Source of the DNA: Octopus vulgaris
Taxonomy: Eukaryota
Reading direction: 5' to 3'
DNA: 64,000 nucleotides
Assembly (NCBI GenBank): GCA_951406725.2
Contig: OX597816.1
Span: forward strand, 149,234,001 to 149,298,000
The stretch's first letter is position 1, and the number at the start of each line of letters is the position of its first letter. The translations under genes were made by a program, and so were the position numbers. This document shows positions 54,501 to 64,000 of this stretch, one piece after another. A model generated the notes under the pieces. The model worked only from the letters and a program-made list of their open reading frames with translations, ran no database searches and had not been told where the DNA came from.

Positions 54501-55379
54501 CAATTTACAAAAAGGTGAACATAAGTGGTCCAGAGGATTGGACAGGATGAATGGGTAGGTAAGTTTGCAAGAGTGTTAAAAGAGAGTAGCAGATGGATAG
54601 AGATGGAGATAGAGGTGGATGCAGTGAATTATGATCAATGGTGAATATAAGTAGTAAGGAGAAGGTGAAAACAATAGGAGGTGCACAGGTGATGTGAAGT
54701 GTAAGCAGTGTGCAAGAGATGTACAGTGTTAGGTACAAGGTCAGGAGCACATAAGAGTGGAAATAATAGGAAGCAAATATAAGTGAGTAGTGGGGAGGCT
54801 GTAAAGGAGAAAACAGTGTTCAGTGGAAAATAAGGTGGTCTGGAATGATACAGAGAATGCAAGAAACAAAAGTGGCTCCAGGGAGGGTGAGTGGAAGTGT
54901 AAAAAGGTGGGGGATGAAATATGTGCATGCGGTGCTGCACTCATATAATTACAGCAGTTAAATGAAAAGTGCCACTATAAAATGAGCCCAGAGGGTGAGG
55001 AGTGTTAGGAAGATGAATTGTGGGGAAGACATAGGGACAGATTTGCTGTAGGGGCACAGTCATAATATGCTTTTAAGGTCTCCCTTTTGCTGAGATGCAT
55101 GAGTCTTCTCAAGCATAGCAGATTGCCAATCAGTTTAGTACATTGTTATCACCAATGAGAATTCTAACAAGTCAATGAGAGCCATTGCCATGTGTCAAAA
55201 TCAACAATTAGCTGTGCATGACGATATCAAGTACAAAATCTGTACTGAGAAGAGAACAGTTCATGCCCAAAAAGTGAACAGGAGGAATCACAAATGGCTC
55301 TGTGATAGATCTATTGAAATCCCCATCTTGGAAGTTATGAGCATGTCATGCCTCCTCACATATCCCCACAAGTCTTAAG

Positions 55380-55760
55380 GTCAATAGAGGTAGCCTCATC
55401 AAGACAATGGAAACAGTTGTCAAGTCCAAGATTGAGAGGGTAGTTTGGAAGAGGCAGTACATATACCACCAAGACTGATTCTCCTTACACAACCAGCATG
55501 AACCAGGAGTGGATGGCCAAACATTTTCATAATCAAGTTATCTCTAACATTTGGTGTCCGAGCTCTCCTGATTTAAAACCCCTGGATTACAACATCTGGA
55601 GTGTCAATGAGCAGGAGACCAACAAGCATGCCCTTAATACTAAGGACTTGTGGAGGTTTGCTGTTAGGGACATAATGGCCAACATGAATAAGGATCACCA
55701 GTTCAACACAGTCATTTCAGAAGCAGTATTGAGGCACTAATCAAGGTTGGTGGCAGTTTT
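55380..55760 (+). mobile_element. Tc1/mariner (DD37D/maT-like) transposase C-terminal remnant
   Basis: YIYHQD...QEWM...WCPSSPDLKPLDYNIWS matches the WPPxSPDLNPLDYxIW motif. Confidence 0.85.
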
Positions 55761-55779
55761 ATCAATTAGCCTTTTGCTG

Positions 55780-57005
55780 CGTATGTCATTGTCATCATTT
55801 AGCATCCATGTTCCATGCTGGCATGGCTTGGATGGTTTGACAGAAACCAATGTGTCCAAGGACTGTATAAAGCGCCAATGTCTGCTTTGGCATGGTTTTT
55901 ACAGCTGGCTGCTATTCCTAATGCCAACTACTTTACAGTGTGAACCAGGTGCTTTTTTTTGTGCCATCTGCACTAATGAAATAGATACCAGCAGGACTAT
56001 GAGCCCTTGGGTAAGGGATCAGCTTCATGTTAGTGGACAAGGGGATTACAAATATGCATACCAAAAACTATATAAATACATTGTTTTTTTTTTTAAATAT
56101 TTTTGTCTTCTTTATATTAAAATTTTGTTCTCAAATAGTTAAGAAACCCTGTAGATACTTAAATATATAAACATACATGCACACAGACATATACAAATAG
56201 ACACATGCACACACATGCATCTTTGCCATCATTTCTCTCATTCTTTTTCTCCTTGTATTACTCTCTAACATACTCTCCTTTCCTTTCCAACTGGGTATCC
56301 ATGTATGAACAACATGACACCTATCTCAGTCCTTCAATACCTTAAATCTCTCAATTGGCACAATACTATCAATACTCATCGATACTATTCCCTGATCCCA
56401 GTTGAGGGATTTTTCCTTTTTAGTCTCCTTTTTTCTTGCAAGGTACTTGGTGACTCTGTTTGTATTGGTGCCACATAAAATGCACCCAGTACACCCTGTA
56501 ATGTGGTTGGTGTTAGGAAAGGCATCCATCTATAGAAACCATGCCAAAACAAAGGGGACTGGTATGGCTGAGCCTTGCCAGCTCCTGTCAAACAATCTAA
56601 CCAATGCCAGCATGGAAAATGGATGTTAACTGATGATGATACATATTTTATACATATATACACACAGTTTTATATATCATCATCGTTTAGCGTCCGCTTT
56701 CCATGCTAGCGTGGGTTGGACGGTTCAACTGGGGTCTGGGAAGCCAGAAGGCTGCACCAGGCCCAGTTTGATCTGGCAATGTTTCTACAGCTGGATGCCC
56801 TCCCTAATGCCAACCACTCCATAAGTGTAGTGGGTGCTTTTTACGTGCCATACGAGTCTGGCAAATGGCCACGATCGGATGGTGCTTTTTATGTGCCACC
56901 AGTACAGGGGCCAGACGAGGCTGGCAACGACCACAAACGGATGGTGCTTTTTTTTATATATATATCATCATCATCGTTTAATGCCCGTTTTCCATGCTAG
57001 CATGG
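55780..57005. mobile_element. Dense cluster of (GAT)n-tailed SINEs, including a tail-to-tail inverted pair
   Basis: Copies at about 55785-55990 (-), 56435-56640 (+), 56676-56950 (-) and 56965-57005 (-). Confidence 0.8.
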
Positions 57006-57043
<38 letters not shown>

Positions 57044-59037
57044 GACAGACACACACACATACACATCATGGGCTTTCCTGTCATAGGTAACAGATGAGTT
57101 CTGCAATTTCTTGCTGAACAACCTGCACGGATGATTTGTTCATATTGATCAAATGTTTGTATTGTGCATTAGCTTACTTCCTCCATCAAACTGACACTGT
57201 CTGCACAGGTGTACAGTGTGTCACATTTCAGATGTCAATGTGATCAAAAAGGAATCTGAGATGAATTGTTTTGTTTACGAACACAATGTATTGTCGGGTC
57301 TGGGTTTTGATCCTGAGTGCAAGACCTTAACCACTAGGCCACATGCCCTCTCTGATAATGATTTCCAAAGTTAGCTTAAAAGTCAAATCATTTACAAAAA
57401 TGTTAACTTCGTCAATTAACAATAAACGGTTTGGTGCCCAGGTTTGTATATACACATATATACCTATCTCAAACTACACACATGAAGCCATAAAGCAGTT
57501 ACCTATTATTTATAGTTTTAGGATGCTCCAAGATATTCAGTTATCAGATGACATTCTCAAGAAAACTTATACAATTGTTATGAGGTCAATAACATACATA
57601 TGTATGGTGATTGCGACATCTTCACAGATGACTTTTGTCTCCTTGTGCTTCCTCATTGTCAATGACATTGCTGACTTTCTGTCTATGACCTCTCAGATAA
57701 CTATTCAGTTATGTTGCAGATCTCCATGGTTTAAAGCATCGGTGAAAAAGTTGTAACCTTCAGTACCTTTCCAACTGGTTAGCTCTGCACATGTCTCCAC
57801 TCTTCCATAACCTTAGGGCTTTCAAAAGATGGAATGACAAAGGAAGTCACCATAAACGGACATCTGTACATCATTACATTATAGTGATAAATGCTTGTAT
57901 ATCATGAGTACCACTCTCTAAGTCTCCATGACTAGTGCCTAGTGACAGGCTGAAGCAAGATGTGCAGTAATCACATGAAACTGCAGGTTTTACATCAGTG
58001 TCCTTCTTTTAGAATAATGCTGTGGCAATACATAGGGATCCCTCATTCCTGATGGTTTTACTGTGTACCTTGATATCAACCAATGGTATTTCTGTGTCCT
58101 GCACTTAGAGCGATTGTCATCATATTTGCTAGTTAACGTACAGATGGGATCCTGACAAGTACTACTACTTCAGGTCAGAGTAGACCAGGAAATAATAGAG
58201 GTTAAGAAGTGGTTCCACACTCCTAGGAACCCTGAAACTCCCGAACCAGAGCCCCACTACTGGATGCAGTTTAAAGTCATACCCATACATACATACATAC
58301 ACAGATATATTGAACTCCTGTCAGCAGTCCAACACAAACCAGCATACAAAATGGGACATTAAAAGACAGAGATGATGATGAGACATACATGTATATATAC
58401 ACAATATATCTATATCAATTAATCATTATATGCACACGGCTTGCCCAATAGAAATTTTTTTGATTTTGTAACAAAATTCCAATGTTTAGATTGCTTAGAT
58501 TTGTGCTTTGTTCATGCTAATAAAATATGCATAGTTGTGGTGTTTTCTTTTGCATTTTTCTGAGATGTACAATGTATATTGGACATAGAATTCTCAATAC
58601 AAAATTACAAAAATAGTTGGCAAATAGCACAGCAAAGAAATAAAATTTTGTAAAATCACAATATCATATGAGCATACAAAATGAAATAATTTCAGGCACA
58701 AAATATATGTGACCTTTAGGACAAATACACTATAAATAATATCTATTTCTGGAGTGAGGTAAGAAGCAGTAGTAAAAGAAGCTATTATTATTAAAACAAA
58801 TAAACCAACATTGAAGAACTTATAAAAAATTGTGAAACAGGTATAGCTATATTGCAAGGGAAGAATAATAATCTCTTACTTTTGAAGATGTTTCTTCAGA
58901 AGGTAAGAATGTATAGTATATGAATGGAACTTCATATTTAAACATGACTCAAAAGCAAGTTAGCTATGAAGGGTTTCTTGCTCATGAACCACTTCATAAA
59001 AGATATTTATGAAAAATGAAGAAAAAGAGGCACTCAC

Positions 59038-59309
59038 AAGAGTTTCTCTCATACGAATTAGTTGCAAGCAGCAATGGATTTTCAGGTTTAATATCATGAC
59101 TTTGAGGTACTTTGGGTACATTGTTGAATATTGTAGGAACAGCATATCTCTGAAGTAAAGCCCGCCCCCCTGGCTTGATCATTTGGAAGCAAGATTTTTC
59201 AAAATGTTGACTGCATATGTAGGTGTAATGGCTAGGAGTCCAGTTCTGACGGGCAAGAGCACGGACCCATTTTTTCCACAGACCTGGCTTTTTACGCACA
59301 TCAGGAAAT
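59038..59309 (-). CDS. THAP domain protein B, exon 2 (phase 2 to phase 1)
   Basis: ttcctttccttttcatttag|A TTT CCT GAT gives FPDVRKKPGLWKKWVRAL...WTPS....ICSQHFE...AVPTIF; donor CTT|gtgagt. Confidence 0.92.
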
Positions 59310-61312
59310 CTAAATGAAAAGGAAAGGAAAAAATAAAAGAGTTATTAAAACAGTGAAATCTACAAAGAAAAAGTAAAAGAAAAACGTTTATTATAGTAAT
59401 ATTTGAGGCAACCAGCTATTTAAAATGAACAATTTGAAATCACACCACTGGAACATGCTAAGTTTATTCAGCTGCAAAAGTCAAGTTAACTTTATATTTT
59501 GGGAATGACTAACTATTCATGTTAGAAATAAAATCTCATCTATATGAATTCAAGGTAGAATGACTGGATCAATGTTCTCTTTAAATTTTCTCTACCACTG
59601 AGCAAAATTATTTTCTATTCAAAGCCAGTGTGCAGCATACAAACTTTAATGTATCATATTAACTCTCTTGTAATATAAAGTTTTAAAGTGATCGAAATTA
59701 AAACCTTATATCAAAATTTCACATTAACCGAATTTCCAAATACCAGATTAATAATTACAAAGTTATTTGACTAAACTCCAAATTAATTGAAATAAAGGTA
59801 GTGTATTTCAACTGAAATATGGTAAGAAGAGAACTAAATGCACATTCATAAGTTAAAATGAACTGCAAGATTTTGATGTGTACAGGTGTACATTAGTGCA
59901 GTTGTAATATTGTTAAAGAGCAACTATGCAGCTGCACACTTGAGCAAATTAGCAGCAACATAGTTGGGATCACTTGAATGCTTACCTCTTGTTGTGGACA
60001 GAATCTTTTTATTAACGGATTGCACAAGAATTTTAAAGTTTAGTGAGTAATGCATATGAAAAGACTGTACACAACAGAGTAAATAGCATTTTGACATAGC
60101 TGTGTGATCATATTAAAAATGATAGAAGGGCAACATTTGGTTAGTATGAATTAATGCAGTAAAATCTAGTTACTATCAAACTTTCTCATAACAAAGGCCA
60201 GTTTCTGTAAACAAAATCTGAGCTAACAGTGTATACATATAATTCCTATAAATGACAATCCACCAGCAACTCAAAAGCTTTTTGATATCATAAAACAGGA
60301 TATCCAGTGTGTGTACAATTGTCAAGCAACAGAACTTTTAAAATTATTCTGATATAAGTCAAATAGCTTTTGACAGAAATTTATTGAATATTTCATATAA
60401 CTTATGTTAAGAGACAAAAATGTTGTTCTTTTAGAGATGTTAATGTTGATAAAATAACCAATGAACCATCCTATATCTTCTATCACATAGAAAAATCTGC
60501 AGAGCAATTAAATTTTATCAGGAACAAACACATCTAAATTTTCTTGAGTATGAGATACCTTATAAAAAAGCTATCAAACCTCAATAAATTACAAAAATTA
60601 TTGAATGTTCAAAGTATATTGATAGCAGTGCTGTTATTGAATCTGCATAGATCACAGGAAATAATAGCGGTGTTGTGGCATCAAAGCGCTAATGAGTTTT
60701 GAAGAAAAAAACTAGAAATAATTTACATTGAATTCACCTCATCCACTTGAAACACTTTTCAAGAAAAAATTGTACATAGGTATATGGTAGAGAAGTAATA
60801 TTTTAAAATACTAAATTGCATTAATGTTTACTTTGCCTTTCAGTTAGACTCCTCTTCTTCCAAAAAGGGTTTTATTAAACACTATAAGATATTAGATCTA
60901 GAAAAATAGAAAAATCTTTGCTCTGTTGTGCATGAAGAAAAGATGTACAATGAATTGAAGATTAAGCTGAATTTTGATAAGCTTAAGAAATATGAAGAGA
61001 TTGAAGATGACAAATAATAATGAAAAGAAAATGAGTAAAGTATTTATAAGCTATTGGTCATTAAAACTGGAGATGATGTAAATCAAATAGGAAATACAGG
61101 TGCTAAGCATAAAAAACTAGATCTGATAAACAGATTGGCTAAGTCAAGGCAATGTAGAGAGATCACCCAGAACAATGAAGAGTTAGAACTACAATTAATA
61201 TATTAACTCCAGTATTTCACACATGTCAGTAATCCAAATGCACACTATACATACAAATGTAGGCTTTATGATGCATGTCTTTTTAGAGGAAGTTACTTGT
61301 AGAAACATAAAA

Positions 61313-61490
61313 TTAACCCTTTAAGCATTTAAACTGGCCATATCCTGTTAAAATATTCTACTTGTTCTAGCCTTTCACACCTACCCTATAATGTCATTCC
61401 AAAAATAAATATTCACATCATCAAAAGTTACAAGATAATGCATGATTAATTCAAAACAATGTGAATAAATAAGCAAAACAAAAAGGTTAA
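61313..61490. mobile_element. TTAA-flanked MITE, family 1, inverted copy
   Basis: Reverse complement of 11317-11551 with an internal deletion. Confidence 0.65.
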
Positions 61491-63914
61491 TTTGCTGTCA
61501 AGAGGTGAAAGAACTTCTGGATACACCATATCAAACCGAACTATTAGTTTTGTGTTGCCTCAGCTACCTATTAGACACATAGTGCTGTAGGGTTAATCAA
61601 ACAGAGTGACTTATCAAGTCCAGCACAAAACATTCCAGTATTCAACCAGGTTGTCTGCTTTAATATCACACACAGTATGCTATTTCGCAGATGGTTTATA
61701 TTTATGGTGCAGTAATCTAAAGTAGGTACATTTTGTTGGCATTCTGTCCTGCCTGTATCCATGTATCTAGAGGGTTAAACAGAATTTGAATAGTTTATAG
61801 TTTCATTTTAAGAAGTTTCTAACCACTGTTTTTGGATGTACAATCATATGCACATTGCTCTGATATGTTAATACAGATATAGACATGAGAAGTGGTCCAC
61901 ATAAAATATGACTCATAAGGATGGCTGCACTACTACAAAATTTCGAATTAATCTTTCATTAGGTGTACCATTCAGAAAGTCTTCTTGGCTGCAGGTTACA
62001 CATGACTGTGCTAATACATTCAGTCTGTAAGCTGAATCACTATAGTACATTTTGTCTAACTGACAACACCCATCTCTCTTTATGGTTGAATGATTAGCGA
62101 AATATTCCATCCATGCTAGTTTAGTAATGTAAAATGAATAACAAGGACTGATAAACAGAGTTTAAGAAGTGGATTTTATAGTATCAAGAAAATAAAAGAT
62201 ATATCTTTTCTTGGAGAATGTCAAACTTAGATAGCATTCATAGATGATCTGCTACCTATACTAAAGTGTGTAGAATTAAGTGAACACAATAAAATGCCTG
62301 CAGTTGATTTAAACTCAAGATACATGCAGTCATATGCCAACATCATATGCACTCACCCATTTTACTACTATAAAGGAGAAAGATTTTGCTTAAATTCAAT
62401 GCTCTATTAGAGACCTCTTTCTAAATCATAAATACCTGTGGAACTTATCTCCAGTTTCCACAGGTTTGATCTATATTCTTGGTTACAATGCTTACAAACT
62501 AGTTTTTCCTAGAAGAGAATTAAACTATATCACAAGCCAATGAATCAGTCATCTGTTTCAAAGAATTGTTGTCTACAGTTGTGAATATACCAAATGATAT
62601 CGGGTGCCCACTGAGAGCTAGGAACATAAGAACAAGTGAGAAAGGAAAACTGGACATGGCCAGTCAACATGCTACTAATAGCAGTCAGATCGTCTTCAAA
62701 GTATATTCAACTGTTTTAGAAAAATACACAATATTTAAGAGGAAGATGAATAGTTAGTCATGCCTAAAATTATCTTTGATCTGCTCAGTCAGGACTGATC
62801 TGTAGCCAAACAACGATTCAGTGGACCTAGCCGCTGAAAACCAAGTACCTTGACCATGAATGGTTTACATAGTGCTGGCTGTCTGGTATCATGTTGTGAG
62901 AGATATCCAGTGAACACTCATTATTTTGTTGCAAAGACAATAATTCTCAGGCAAACAAAGTGTATACAGTCGTCCCCTTAAAATGATGCACAAATATAGT
63001 ATTCACTAGAGGGATACAGATAAGTAAACAATCTCTTAGCTTTAACTATCATTGATCAATGTTCAGAAAGGCAACATAAAATAATCATATATACGATCCA
63101 TCGCCTACCAAGTACATACACCAACAATACAGATATATTCTATAACTCAGTACTGAACATTTTCACATTCTATTTATCACACGGTATTGTAAACACACAG
63201 GAAAAGAACATGTGCCTGTTAATCAAAGACTACAAAAGTTCAAGCCAGTAGTTCCTTTGCTAAAATCCACATCGTCAACATTTGACGCTGTCTGTCATCA
63301 ATTATCACTCAGCGACTTCATTTCTCTAATTTTTCGAAAGAAAAGTGTCACTAACCATCATCCTGGCCAAAGACAAAAGAGTTTGTACACACGGAAAGGA
63401 GTTATAATGTTAGAATGTTGTATTAGACAATTTCTATTGAATAGCTCAACAGAAGTTCTATATTATAGCGAAAATTCTGCAAAAATGTTAATCTCGGTGG
63501 CTAAATCTATAAAATCCATGTGATAAAAAGTATAAAAACGTGGAAGGAGAGCTGACCGAATATCAAAGGAAAAGAGAATAATAGTGTGCATGTAATGAAT
63601 GAGAGAGAAAAATAAAAACTCTGAGATAGTTATACTTGTAAAAGAGTAACGGAAACAGAATGGCAACAGATCGAGTGGACAGAGTGAGATAAGATCAAAG
63701 AGGAGGGGTAAATAGCAGAGCGATCGTATTTGAAAGATATTTAGTCTCCGCTACTTCACTAACTTAGCTAACTAGAGTCTGATCCCGTGTACTAGGTACT
63801 TAGTGACTTCTGGAATTGTCATACGGAAATGAGTTAAATTGAAACAAACATTAATGGGTATAAGAAAACGGGAAAAAATCAAACAACAATAACAGCACAG
63901 AAAATTTATCTTAC

Positions 63915-63985
63915 CTGTGGAAGGAAATGCCGCTTCCAGTCTTGTGTTTACTGCTACAACCAAACACAGCACAGAAGTTCACCAT
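63915..63985 (-). CDS. THAP domain protein B, exon 1 (MVNFCAVFGCSSKHKTGSGISFHR), absent from the ORF track
   Basis: ATG at 63985, CxxxGC motif, donor CAG|gtaaga in phase 2, joining exon 2 in frame to complete the THAP domain across a 4.6-kb intron. Confidence 0.92.
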
Positions 63986-64000
63986 CTTTCTACAGTGTTT

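Noticed and set aside
53748-57756. Numerous 60-137 aa ORFs
   Set aside because: They overlap SINE/LINE fragments and low-complexity purine-rich sequence; no domain signatures.
59975-60030. Strong minus-strand donor GAG|gtaagc inside THAP-B intron 1
   Set aside because: An in-frame stop lies just upstream and there is no convincing acceptor; probably cryptic or non-coding.
63772-63972. 66-aa ORF MLCLVVAVNTRL...
   Set aside because: Wrong frame; the real exon starts at 63985 and encodes the THAP N-terminus.
2164-64000. mod(mdg4)-style model in which all modules are variable 3' exons joined to one common 5' exon
   Set aside because: The upstream acceptors are not in a consistent phase (THAP-B would be phase 2; CENP-B lacks a pyrimidine tract), and the THAP/HTH modules start with their own ATG. 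Disfavoured, but not fully excluded without transcripts.
1-64000. CRISPR arrays, operons and rRNA genes
   Set aside because: The sequence is eukaryotic; no regularly spaced repeat-spacer array or rRNA-like segment was seen.

Overview
AT-rich eukaryotic genomic DNA with long introns, (TA)n/(CA)n microsatellites and abundant tRNA-derived and (GAT)n-tailed SINEs, which by recognition suggest an octopus (coleoid cephalopod) genome (inference). Among the decayed repeats (CR1-like and RTE LINEs, Helitron, Chapaev-like, Tc1/mariner, hAT and TTAA-flanked MITEs) lies a co-oriented minus-strand array of intact coding modules. In transcription order they are: a two-exon THAP domain (63985-59038), a Cys-rich transposase-N-terminal-like exon (50903-50491), a dead duplicate of a CENP-B HTH exon (about 44530-44990), an intact CENP-B/Tigger HTH exon (39133-38692), several frame-compatible micro-exons, an orphan 18-aa helical-repeat exon (26314-25355) and a second THAP gene (2163-1262). 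None carries a catalytic transposase domain. Most lie in CpG-retaining promoter-like patches and end at splice donors of matching phase. The main hypothesis is a modular transcription-factor locus with interchangeable transposon-derived DNA-binding exons; the alternative is a cluster of independent small domesticated genes. Exon models are read by eye and have no transcript support. Most ORFs in the supplied track are spurious.
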